Shown: piece after piece, positions 26,255 through 37,186 of the stretch | Layout: every line of letters starts with the position of its first letter | Position numbering within the stretch: position 1 is the first letter of the stretch | Position numbers and translations under genes: made by a program | Assembly: GCF_018977255.1 (NCBI RefSeq) | Contig: NW_024704742.1 | Coordinates: 30,816,001 to 30,880,000 of the forward strand | DNA from: Callorhinchus milii | Taxonomy: Eukaryota | Reading direction: 5' to 3' | Length of the DNA stretch: 64,000 bases | The notes under the pieces: model-generated | Database searches by the model: none | What the model saw: only the letters and a program-made list of their open reading frames with translations | What the model was told of the DNA's origin: nothing

Positions 26255-26560
26255 TTTTTTCTTCCGTCAGCCGCCGGGTGTCTGACACAGGCGGAAACCT
26301 ATCGCTACGCTCAGGAGCGTCCAAACCAAGCTGAGTATTCCACGCATCCCGGGTACGCATGGAAATCCCAGAGACAGATCGTTGGAATGGAACGCCCGCT
26401 CTCTCCCCCACCCACCACCACCATCCCCCGGAGCGACACATCCTGCTCACCCAATTCCGGAAAGTATTAGGCGCAGGTTGTCAAGGAATCCAACGCCCGA
26501 GGACCCCCGCCCGAGAGTGCGCTTGGGATGCTGCCGGACTCTAACCAGCTAAAACCAGGT
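26255..26560 (-). mobile_element. Unassigned ~300-bp A-tailed retroposon-like repeat (family E); other copies at 4875-5393(-, split), 22880-23115(+), 24150-24260(+), 54882-55095(-) and 61372-61588(-)
   Basis: Shared blocks TCCAAACCAAGCTGAG, CATGGAAATCCCAGAGA, CATCCTGCTCACC and AGCTAAAACC; most copies end in an A-run on the same side. Confidence 0.75.
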
Positions 26561-26628
26561 AGATGGTCATGGGTATAGCTGCTCTGTGCCAGGGGCACAG
26601 CACTGAACAAGCCAACAGGAGGTTAGAA

Positions 26629-26648
26629 ACTACAATCCCCACAATCCC
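26629..26648 (+). promoter_or_regulatory. ZNF143/THAP11-type ACTACA motif
   Basis: ACTACAATCCCCACAATCCC, about 1.55 kb upstream of the ATG. Confidence 0.55.
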
Positions 26649-26652
26649 GAGT

Positions 26653-27227
26653 AAGAGAGAGAGAGGAGAGAGAGAGAGGGGGGGAAGGGAGAGAGGGAGG
26701 GAGAGAGAGAGAGAGAGAAAAAAAAGGAACTTTTCCTCTCTTCCTAGTTAGGCAACGCCACATCGTGTGCTTTAGAGTCACAGATCTTAGGCTTTAGTGA
26801 GTTCTTTTTTTTGTGTGTGTGTGTGTGTGTGTGCGTTGTGTGTGTGGAGGGGTAGGGAGGGGGGAGAGGGGGGAAGGGGGAGAGGGGGAGAGGGGGGGAG
26901 TTTGGAAAGAGGAATTGGGAGCGAGAGGCACAGAGGAGCTGTCAGTCATCTCTGGAAAGTGGTGAGTGCATTGCAGTGCAGTGCGGACGGACGGGGCAGA
27001 GGCTGAGAGTCCAGAGGAGCTTTAAACAGGGCTGTGGGGAGGAGCTCTCTCTCTCTCCCCCCCTCTCTCCCTCCCTCCCTCTCTCTCTCTATCTCTCTAT
27101 TTGTCTGGCTCTCACCTTCTGTCCCTCTCTCTCTCTCTCTCTCTCTCTCGTTGCATTGCTCACAACCACTTCGGAGTCGTGTGTGTGTGTGTGTGTGTGT
27201 GTGCGATCTCTTGAGAGAGAGTGAGTG

Positions 27228-27255
<28 letters not shown>
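26653..27255. repeat. Cluster of (GA)n, (GT)n and (CT)n microsatellites
   Basis: GA tracts at about 26653-26717 and 27213-27253, CT tract at about 27045-27149, GT tracts at about 26812-26833 and 27179-27203. Confidence 0.9.
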
Positions 27256-27258
<3 letters not shown>

Positions 27259-27344
27259 GAGGTTGTGTGTGTAGCAGTGGTTGGTGTTGAGTTGAGTTGA
27301 GTTGGGGGTTAGTGAGTGGAGTGGAGGCAGAAGCAGCTGCGACT

Positions 27345-28014
27345 CTTGTGTTGTGTGTTGTGTGTGTGTTGGTGTGTGTGTGTGTATTGGTGTGTGTGTT
27401 GGTGTGTGTGTGTATTGGTGTGTGTGTGTGTTGGTGTGTGTTGGTGTGTGAGTGTGTTGGTGTGTGTGTTGGTGTGTGTGTGTGTATTGGTGAGTGTGTT
27501 GGTGTGTGTATTGGTGTGTGAGTGTGTTGGTGTGTGTGTTGGTGTGTGTGTTGTGTGTGTGTGTTGGTGTGTGTGTTGGTGTGTGTGTTGTGTGTGTGTA
27601 TTGGTGTGTGTGTTGTGTGTGTGTGTTGGTGTGTGTGAGTGTGTTGGTGTGTGTGTTGGTGTGTGTATTGGTGTGTGTATTGGTGTGTGTGTTGGTGTGT
27701 GTGTTGGTGTGTGTATTGGTGTGTGTGTTGGTGTGTGTGTGTGTATTGGTGTGTGTGTTGGTGTGTGTGTTGGTGTGTGTATTGGTGTGTGTGTGTGTTG
27801 GTGTGTGTTGGTGTGTGTTGGTGTGTGTATTGGTGTGTGTGTGTGTGTATTGGTGTGTGTGTGTGTATTGGTGTGTGGGTGTGTGTATTGGTGTGTGGGT
27901 GTGTGTGTTGGTGTGTGGGTGTGTGTATTGGTGTGTGGGTGTGTGTATTGGTGTGTGTATTGGTGTGTGTGTGTGTTGGTGTGTGTATTGGTGTGTGTGT
28001 TGGTGTGTGTGTGT
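27345..28014. repeat. Compound (TG)n microsatellite/minisatellite punctuated by TTGG and TATTGG
   Basis: About 670 bp of units such as TGTGTGTTGG and TGTGTATTGG; source of the Cys/Val- and His/Thr-rich spurious ORFs. Confidence 0.97.
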
Positions 28015-28181
28015 CCTGGTTGCAGGTCACCCCTCCCTCCCCCTCCCTCCCCCTCTCTCTCTCCCCTCCTCTCTCTCTCTCTCTCTCCCATTCAATTGCA
28101 ATTTATTCCCCCCCCACATCCCTTTCATCCTCACGTCGGATCGGGATCGGGATCAGATCGGATCGGATCGCGGTGGGAAAG

Positions 28182-28253
28182 ATGAGCGGAGGGGACATCG
28201 TCTGCAATGGTTGGCTGAGGAAATCTCCACCAGAGAAAAAGTTGAGACGTTAC
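28182..28253 (+). CDS. GAB2: First coding exon of a GRB2-associated binder (GAB family) docking protein, N-terminus of the PH domain; most similar to GAB2 (GAB1 not excluded)
   Basis: ATG at 28182 in AAGATGA context; 24 codons [24 protein letters not shown], then a canonical phase-0 donor TAC|GTAAGT (28254). Recalled human sequences: GAB2 [28 protein letters not shown]1 [24 protein letters not shown], both with an intron after this Tyr. Family call is strong; paralogue call is about 0.6. Exon 2 (AWK[K/R]RWF...) not seen downstream. Confidence 0.92.
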
Positions 28254-28304
28254 GTAAGTCTTATGTGTGTGTGTGTGTGTGTGTGTTGTGTGTGTGTGTT
28301 ATTT

Positions 28305-28398
28305 TGTGGGATGGGATGGGGTGGGATGGGGGTGTTGTGTGGGGGGTGTGGGGGGGTGGGGGGGGGGGGGTGGGGGGGGGGGGTGGGGGGAGGGGGGA
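28305..28398 (+). repeat. G-run tract (G-quadruplex-capable) just downstream of the exon 1 donor
   Basis: Many runs of 3 or more G with short spacers. Confidence 0.8.
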
Positions 28399-28742
28399 AA
28401 GAGGGCTAAGACTCTGGGAATTCGATCCCCTGAAATATTTCCAGATCAGGAGATTTATTTTCATATCTTTCTTTTTTTGAAGGGGGGAAAAAAAAGTGAT
28501 GGCTTTTGGGGGGTGTCATTGCAGATCCAAAGCATCGCCAGGGCTGGAGACTGCTGAGCACACATGTGTGTTGTGTGTGTGTGTATGTGTTCACATACAC
28601 ACACAACACACACACACACACACACACACACACCACAGTGTGATTGATCTCTTGTCAAATCCCACTTTTATTCCTCTCCTCTCCTTTCCTCTCCTCTCAG
28701 ACACATTCTGGGGTGGGAATCCCATCTGATCCTGTGGAATGC

Positions 28743-29148
28743 ATCACTCACTCACTCACTCACTCACTCACTCACTCACTCACTCACTCACTCACTCACT
28801 CACTCACTCACTCACTTACACACACTCAATCACACACTCACTCACTCACACACTCACTCACTCACTCACTCACACACACACTCACTCACACAATCACTCA
28901 CTCACTCACTCACTTACACACTCACTCAATCACACACTCACTCACTTACACACACACTCACTCACACACTCACTCACTCACTCACACAATCACTCACTCA
29001 CTCACTTACACACACACACACACTCACTTACTCACACACTCACTCACACACACTCACTTAAACACACACTCACTCACTTGAACATGCACTCACTTACACA
29101 CTCACACACACACTCACTCACACTCACACACTCACTCACACACACACT
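28743..29148. repeat. (CACT)n/(CA)n compound microsatellite in intron 1
   Basis: Pure CACT run followed by mixed CACA/CACT units. Confidence 0.97.
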
Positions 29149-30689
29149 CTCTGGTTACATTTGTTTTCAGGACTTGGTAATGACACTGACTTGGTGGGGG
29201 GTGGGGGGGTGGGGTGGGGGGGGTCGAGGTTAATGCAAAGCAGAATGGAGATGCTGTAAAGGTAGTGATCCAGAGTCGAGTCGCGCCCCGTCTCACTCTC
29301 TGTGTTTTGTTGATGTTTATGGTTGTGATGCAGTTGTGAAAATTCATCACACTCCATGAATGTTGCAATCACGAATATCAGGTCACACATTAACTCGCTC
29401 ACATACGCACAGACGCATTAACTGCTTCAATGGTTTGTCAGACATGAGAGGCCAAAGTGTTGTCCCAGACACTACTTTTGCTCAATAGGCAAGAGTGTGG
29501 GACAGAGAGAGAGAGGCAGAGATTTACAAGACAGCAATAAAAACCTACAATAAAAACGAACCGAGATTTTTAATAATAATAATAATAATCCTTGCATTTG
29601 GCATAGCGCCTTATCACGTTGTTGAGACGTCTCAAAGCGCTTCACGTAACATACTGTAAAGTGAACTGACTGTGTATTTTATGGGCGAAACGCACGACAT
29701 TCCAGAGCAATGTATCCTTGAATTTAATGCAAATGCAGTCTAGAAACATGATCCCTTATTTTTAAGTTTTTTTTAGAGATGTACAGCAATATCTCTGTCT
29801 CTGTCTCCCTCTTTCTCTCTGGATCTCAAGAGGAATAATTACAAATTTAATCTTCCCACATTTGTAATTTAATCTTCCCAAGACGTCTCAGATTATCTGC
29901 CAAGATTTTTCTATGAAGAAGTGTAGTGACTGTGTATATACGTAGGTGGCTGCTGTTAGACAACAACAAAATTACATTTGTATAGTGCCATTCATGTCGT
30001 GAGGACCTTCCAAAGGCGGTGGACAATCAATGTTTCGGACCCGAGCTGGGGCCTGTGCTGTGTCTTGACAAATGTTTGCACAAACAAACACTTTGCCGAT
30101 GTGAACGAGGAAGGCTGCAAACTGGAGCTTGCCCTCACCGTGTGTACAACACGCCTCGAGATGTGAAATGAAATCAATGCTCCCTCCGTTTCGATCACGC
30201 AGTTTCCACAGATATGCTGCTTACTGTCCAGCGCCTTGGGACTGCCTCCCGACTTGAAAAGCGCTCTATAAATGTAATTTTGTTGTTGTGTGTGTGGATG
30301 CTATACAGTCAATTCACTTTACAGTATATTCTGTGAAGCGCTTTGAGACAGATCAAAGATGTGATAGGGTGCTATATCAATTACAAAGATTATTATTATT
30401 ATGCTGGGAGAATCCTCTTTTTATTAATATCCTGGCCTTTGATTCTGTGAGGGAGGGGGAGAGGGAATATTTTGTGGGGGAGAGGGGGTTGCTTCTCAAC
30501 AACAAAACTCCACTTTTGGAGAGGCAGAGAAATACATGGGGGTGAGGTGGGGGGCGGTGAGAGAGACAAACCTCTGTGGATCTCAAGAGGAATAACTTAA
30601 AAATAAAATAAAAAAAATGTTTGCAGCCAACCATACTGAGACAAGAGAGAATACCAGGGCGGTGTTTCTGTTGGCTCAGATATGCAGTT

Positions 30690-30708
30690 ACTACACTTCC
30701 CAGAAAAG
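30690..30708 (+). promoter_or_regulatory. ZNF143/THAP11-type ACTACA motif in intron 1
   Basis: ACTACACTTCCCAGAAAAG. Confidence 0.45.
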
Positions 30709-32764
30709 TCTTGGCAGGTGCTCTGAGGCACGCGCTTTGGAACGTCTAGAAAACGTGAAAAGCGCTATATCAAATGCAAGGATTATTATATTATTATTAT
30801 CTTGACGATGTGGTAACATTAACTTACAAACGTGGTCAGATTCAATTTAAAATTATTCCTCTTGAGATCCACAGAGAGAGAGAAAGACATCTCTCTCTTT
30901 GGTCTCAAGAGGAATAATTTAAAAACAAGACATGTTTGTAGACTGCATTTGTATTAAATGCAAGGATACATTGCTCTGGAATTCGATCAAGTCATATGCT
31001 CTCTTCTCTGGCTGCACAAACCTGGGTGTTTCACAAAATAAAGGACCGTGCATTAAAAATCTCAGCGTATTGTATTGCAGGCTCAGAGCCCAAGAGGCAA
31101 AACTTTGCATAATTGAGAAGATTGTGTAGATATGTCAGAGCGTTAAGTACTGTATTTCCACAGTTTTGAGGGAGAAGCGAAGTGGATCGGATTAGGGGCA
31201 TTTTACCTCTTGTTTCCCACGATTGCTGTTTGCTATCGCTTTCAAGTGCAAAGAAAAAGGATCGGGGAGGGTGTTCCCTCTGCCCCCCCTCCCAGAGAAA
31301 CTGACTAAGTTGCTGATCCCAGGCAGGGGCGAACGCAACAGCCTTTTAAACGTGACCCTGTCGCTTTTTTTTAGAGGCGCCTCATTTTTACAGCCCCAAA
31401 AAACTCCCTGAGTCAGCGATTGGCCTGAGTGTTTCCTGTGATTTGAGTGAGGATCGAGAGGGCAGAGAGAACGACTCTCTAGCGGTGGATCGGGTTTATT
31501 TCTGGCACGATCTCTGCCTGTTTAGTTTGTTTCTGTCTCTCTCTCTCATTCTGAATGGTTTCCTGCTAAGTTATTAACTTGGGGAGGGTGGTGGGGGGAG
31601 AGAGTGGCTGTGGACTAGTGAAGCCAGAGCACCACTGGTGGAATGTGGGAGCTTTATATGTACTGCATTAATACATTTTTTTAAAAAAACAAACCCGTGC
31701 AAAATTGTTAGCAGATTGTTTTTCGGGCATTCAGGGAAGATTTTAGACCTGGACGTAACTTCCTGCAAGGTTTCAGATCTTTTTCCTATGGGATCACGGA
31801 GAAGAGCTGGATGTGATGTGTTGCAGCCATTCAGGCTTTGAAGAGGGAATCATCTCTCTCTCCCAGCCCAGCCTGGTCTCTCTCTACTTAGAGGAACATT
31901 TGCTTTTTGTTGCTTGGCTCTGGTGCCAGATCGATTCCTGGGAATAGAAATGCCATCCTTTAAACTTCTGAGAAATTGTTAAGTGCTCATAGATGCTACC
32001 TGGCCTGAGAGGGTTTATATAAATGCAAGTTTTTGTTGATTGTTCTGGGCTTCGAATTGTCCCCCCAACACAGTGGTACTAACAGCTGGATGTGCTCTGT
32101 TTAAAAATATGGCCAGAGCTCTTGGTCATGTTGAGATGGAAATCAAGGAAAGTATTTTCCAGATATGATTTTTTGTAAAAAAAAATGCAATTCTTTTTGC
32201 GCTGCTAATTACTCTGACCATCACAGTAAAGCAAGCGATTGTATAAAGCAAGGTCGGAATCTGCTCAAAGTAGCAGCTGTCATGGCAAGGATGTGGCTAT
32301 GGGTTATGTCAGCGCCACAAAATGGGGAGCACTTAGTTTACAAATCTGGAAATATTTTGTATTGTCCACTTTAACTTCACATCTGAAACATCCAAAAATT
32401 CCTATTCATTGCATTTTATAACCTGGTCTGGACCATCACTCCAAGGCAGTGCTGGGGGAGCAGTGCATTGCCAGTGGTTCTGTCTTTCAGATGAGACGTT
32501 AAACCGGGGTCCTCAATTAAACAGATTGTAGGATATTGCAGATTCAACCAGTCGCAGATTCAAATCATTGCCTTGTGCAGTTAATTCAAACTTTTTGAGA
32601 TTGATCAGGATGAATTTGCAACAGTGGGTTGGTTGTCAGCAGTTTTGGATAATTCTCTGTTCCTCTTTGAGTTCAAGCAAACCTCTTTAAAAGGAAACTG
32701 GGAAAGTAAATTGCATTTCAATTGGAGAAATTGTGATCAAATAGATCATGTCCCCCCCCTTTGA

Positions 32765-33300
32765 TGGACTAGGGGGTAAAGACACAGACAGGTGCAGCAT
32801 GAGGCTGTGCAGCTTGGAAGTTAGCGGGATCGAATCCCAGTAGACTTAGCAGATCTCAGCTGAGATGCTATAATTGGCCTCAGTGCCTCTGGGTTAGGGA
32901 GAGGGATATCAGCCAGAGTTCACATTCCGGATCCTGTTGGAAATTGCACGTGTGCATGTCAGGTGAGGACAGAATTGGGTTTGGCTATAGTGTGCCCTGC
33001 AGTCATAAAGTCTGACAAGCACTGACAGGGCCCATACGTCAATGATGGTCACTTGGGCGAGGTATTGAAGGGCAAATTGCGCCTGTTGGATTGTACCTCC
33101 CTCAATCCCTCCTCCTTGCCCCTTCCTTCCCCATCTTCAGGTCGTGCCTGAAGACTTTCCTTGTCGACTGTGCTTTTGGTCACCGCCCCAGGCTCCCTGG
33201 CTCGGTGTCGGGTTCTACCCTGTCAAGCGCTCTGGGACTCTGTCCTGCGTGAGGGGTTCTATATAAATACAAGTTGTTGTACCTCAGGAGAGGGGAGATG
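32765..33300 (+). mobile_element. Ancient tRNA-like-headed SINE (family D); related copies at about 560-840(-) and 63660-63800(+)
   Basis: B-box-like GGATCGAATCCC; shared blocks ATCAGCC(A/G)G..TTC, TGTCAG(G/A)TGAGGA and a TCAGGA(G/A) end between the copies. Confidence 0.6.
33098..33280 (+). mobile_element. Short L2 3' end inserted into an older SINE, with target-site duplication TTGTACCTC
   Basis: L2 tail ending AAGTTGTTG; TTGTACCTC at about 33091 and about 33277. Confidence 0.75.
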
Positions 33301-33974
33301 AGGTTGGGATAAAAATTGACAGAAGATTAATGGATTCACCAGTAGCAGGGTAATCCTGAGGAGAAGCAGCCTAGTTTGAAGGATGGAATCGCAGGATGTG
33401 GCGAAATTGCATTGCAAGTCCTTGGCGTGAGATTCCCAATCAATGGTCTGATTTATATAAAGAGTTGTAATTGCGTTTATTTTCCACCGAGCAGTAACAA
33501 GAGGAAGTGCTGGACAGGAAACGTTAAATTTGTGGCAGAAATGTTTTTTTAAATGTAAAAATACATCAGGCTGAAACACTCGCAGCTCGAAGGGAAGCGC
33601 ACAGGAATTGATCGCTCGGAAAGATAATTGTGCCAGCAGGGTTCAGCTGATACTGCTGTCAATGGTGTGGTTAATGCAAGTGTCTGCCTCACAAAGGACT
33701 TCCGAAGCCGACTATTCAGGGCGCTATCCTTCTTCCTTGAGTGGGTCTAACCTTGTGGTTACTCTGCTGTTCTCTAGTAACACGTCTGCTATCTTCTTTG
33801 GGTTTGGCTGCGACAGCAGCAGGGGACCAGTCCTTTGTATTACAAAATGCACAGTCACTACACATTACAGAAATTAAGTCAAGCACTTTGAGATATTCTC
33901 AGTGTTATAACCTCTGTATCAAATCCAAGAATTATTTATTACAATGAGTGTTCACGTGATTGTGTTTGTATAAA

Positions 33975-34410
33975 TAAATAATTCTTACATTTGATATAGT
34001 AAGATTTCACATCTGCGGGATGTCTCAAAGCGCTTCACAGGAATTGTAGTGTAAAGTGTAGTGACTATGCATTTGTAGGTGAACCCAGCAACCAGTTTGC
34101 AGACATAATGCCCCACAAATAGACGGTTAAATGGCATTGATATTATTTGGGGGATTGTTGCCCAGCGCAATGGGAGAAACTCCCTTCTCTTTTTGAATAG
34201 TGCAATAGGATCTCTAATGTCCATCCGAATCAGGCAGATGGATCTCAGCTAGATGTCTGCTCTGAAGGAAGGCATGTCCAACAATACAGTGCACCCCTAA
34301 GATTACATTGGAGTATCAGTCTAGACTGGGAGTTCAGAGTGCTTTTGTGGGCCTTGAACCCACAACCTTCTGACTCAGATGAGAGGGCTACCGACTGAGC
34401 CAGGCTACCA
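33975..34410 (-). mobile_element. Family C DeuSINE, full length
   Basis: Tail, Deu domain and head. Confidence 0.82.
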
Positions 34411-36752
34411 GTTGTACTGTAAGAAAGAGCAAATCGTCAAATTGATATTGAAGTTTGTTTAGGTTAAGTTCAGCTTCCAATTCACAATTAACATAATAAG
34501 ATTTAAGCTCTGGTCTCCGAGATGGCAGTCCAGTGCGCCAGCTTTGCAATTCTTGAGTTATTCTGTCACTCTGAAAGCCTAGTGATCCATAAGACTTGTG
34601 AGGACACCCACAATCAACTTGTAGTACTTTAGTGTGACAAATATTAACTAAACATCCTTTGTGTGTGAATGTTGAAGGTTTAGTTTGCAGTAGAGAGAAT
34701 GAGCAGTTTGAGTATTACTCAGGGTGGGGAAGGAACAAAGCTGCGTCTTTCAGTGATATACGTACTGAAGCTACAGTGATTCTGTTTGCCACCAGACCAC
34801 GCAAGTGCCTGACATGCCATTGTTTCAATGCAACAAAACCCACACGGCCTCGCTAGTCAAACAACCTTTTATATATTCTGATTCACACACTTCTGTTTTT
34901 GTTCTAATGAAATAGGGCAGCACATTTATTTTCACTGTCCACTGTTCTAAACTCAAATGTCAGAATACGAAATCTCCTAAATTGTTTCTTAGTCTTGGCA
35001 GTTTGTGAAACATTTGCTGTCCCTGCTCTGCAATTTGGTCACTCACTTTATGGTTGTTTGTGGGGGGGTTGCTGTGTGTAAATTGGCTGCCATGTGTTCA
35101 ACTGCAAAATGCATGATCACTACACTTTGCGGTATATTCTGTAAATGTGCTTTGAGATGTCTCAGCAATGTGATGAGACACTATGTCAAATCAAGATTTA
35201 TTATTATTTAAAACAATAAACCCAACAGGAACGCCAGAGTTTTGTATGGACATCAAGTTTGGTGCTGTTTTCTGACTTTTCTGAACCAAATGTAGCACAA
35301 TATTTGTATCATTCTTATTATTAATGTTTTTTAAAAAAGTGACAAGATTGAAACCAGTTTAAAGCAAAGCGGACATAGTTTTAGACTTGTAAAGGGCTAA
35401 TTTCAGGACCAACACCAGGAAGTATTTCTTTGCACAGAGGGTAATTAACAGGTTACCAGGAAGGGTGATTGGGGACCAGAATGCTGGAATCAATTGGTAA
35501 ACTTCCATTTTGCACTGTTTGAATGATATTGCTGTGCGCAAATTGGCTGCTGCATTTTCCTACACAATACAGTCACTACATTCACAGTAAATCATGTCAA
35601 GCACTTTGAGAAATCCTCCTGATGTGAAAGGTGCTACACCAAATGCATGAATTAATATTATTGTGTAATTATACTTTGCACATAAAACATTGTAATATTC
35701 TAGGACTGTAATAAAGTGCAGCTGTTAATTAGCATTGCCCTTACTGCTGTAGCAGATCTGTTAACTTCAGCTGTCAACCATATTGTTAAGCAACCACAGT
35801 TTGCCTGCACTGTACACATCGTAGTGAACAAGAAAGCTTCTAAGAGCTATATTGTGCTCAGCCAGAGACCATATTGTACAATTACCCACTGCAGCACTAC
35901 AGTATAATGTACAACTCTTTGGCTGCCAAGACATCAGTCATCTGTGCAAGACTGAAGTTGATATTGGTTTTATTGAAGTAGATATTGGCCCTATCTACCA
36001 TGTCCACTTGCATATTGCAACCCTAATTTAAAACGTGCGGTCTTGCTCTCATTTTAACCACTGCCTCTTTTTCTTTTCAAAATGATCAATGAGCTTTTTC
36101 GAACGCCACAGTTCCCGATACATTGATTTCTGTCATTTCTGACATCAAGTTAGAGACTGAGCTGCACAAGACATGTGCCATACAGTGCTGATGCACATAA
36201 GCTTCTTTTTTGTTTAAGCCCTGAAATTGTGGAGCCTGTAATTGTCTGACAGTGAGCATATCTTTCGCTGCTTATATTTGCGTCAGGTGCGTAATGGTGC
36301 TTACTGCAGCCAGCTGTCTCCAGCCATGTATTGTAATGATTATTGCATTTGATACTGTGCCTATGATGTCGAAATATCTCAAAGTGTTTTCCAGGTAATT
36401 GCTATGAAGTGTAGCCACTGTACTTGTAGAAAGATATGGTCGTTAATAGTTGTAAACTCAGGTCCCACAAATAGCCCTGAAGTGAATGACCAGCTTATTT
36501 GAAGGATTGTTGACCAGGAAACCGAGAGAAACTCCTTTCTCTTTTTGAATAGTGTCATGGGAAATTTAACAGGTAGATCGCTGCTGAACAGGCAGACGGG
36601 ATCTTGGTTCACTGTCTCATCTCTGTAACAATGCAACGCAGTAGTAAGGATTACTATTTTGCCCACAAAATACAGTCAAGGCACTTTACAGATATCCACT
36701 AATCTAGTTGACTTTCTTTCAAAGAATGTACAGTACCATTAGATACATAACA

Positions 36753-37186
36753 GTAATAATCCTTGCTTTTGATATAGCGCCTTATCACATTGGAAGGATG
36801 TCTCAAAAGCGCTTCCCAGGAATTACTGTGAAATGGAGTGACTGTTTATTTGTAGGCCAACGCTGCAGCACAGTTGCACACAGCAACGTCCCATAAACAG
36901 CCATGAAACGAGTGACCAATTATATTTGGGAGGGATTGTTAGCCAAGACACCAGGAGAAAGTGCCTTCTCTTTTTCGAATAGCGCCATCGAATCTTCTAA
37001 TGTCCAACTGAACAGGCAGACGTGACCTCGGTTTAATATCTCATCCGACTAAATCTTCAATGTGGTGTTGGGGGAGTTGGAGGTGCCATCCTTCGGATGG
37101 AACATTAAACTGAGGTCCCAACTGCCTGTTTATATGGATGTTAAAGATTTTATTTGAAAGGAGAAGGGAGTTTCTCCTGGTGTCCT
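36753..37186. mobile_element. Two oppositely oriented DeuSINE pieces (36753-37047 minus; about 37075-37186 plus)
   Basis: Deu-domain segments in inverted orientation about 30-40 bp apart. Confidence 0.75.

Larger units (their letters stand above)
26250..28260 (+). promoter_or_regulatory. Probable promoter / 5' UTR region of the GAB gene
   Basis: Local CpG retention, GA/CT/GT tracts, G-rich segments, an ACTACA-TCCC motif at 26629 and (GGATC)n just before the ATG. The TSS cannot be determined from sequence. Confidence 0.6.

Noticed and set aside
27089..28480. Long ORFs of 256-328 aa rich in Cys/Val or His/Thr
   Set aside because: Stop-free translations of the TG microsatellite; only the 24 codons at 28182-28253 are credible coding sequence.
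28644..29233. His/Ser/Leu/Thr-rich ORFs
   Set aside because: Translation of the (CACT)n/(CA)n array.
29812..30923. CRISPR-like repeat array
   Set aside because: Eukaryotic context, irregular spacing, mixed orientation and no cas genes.
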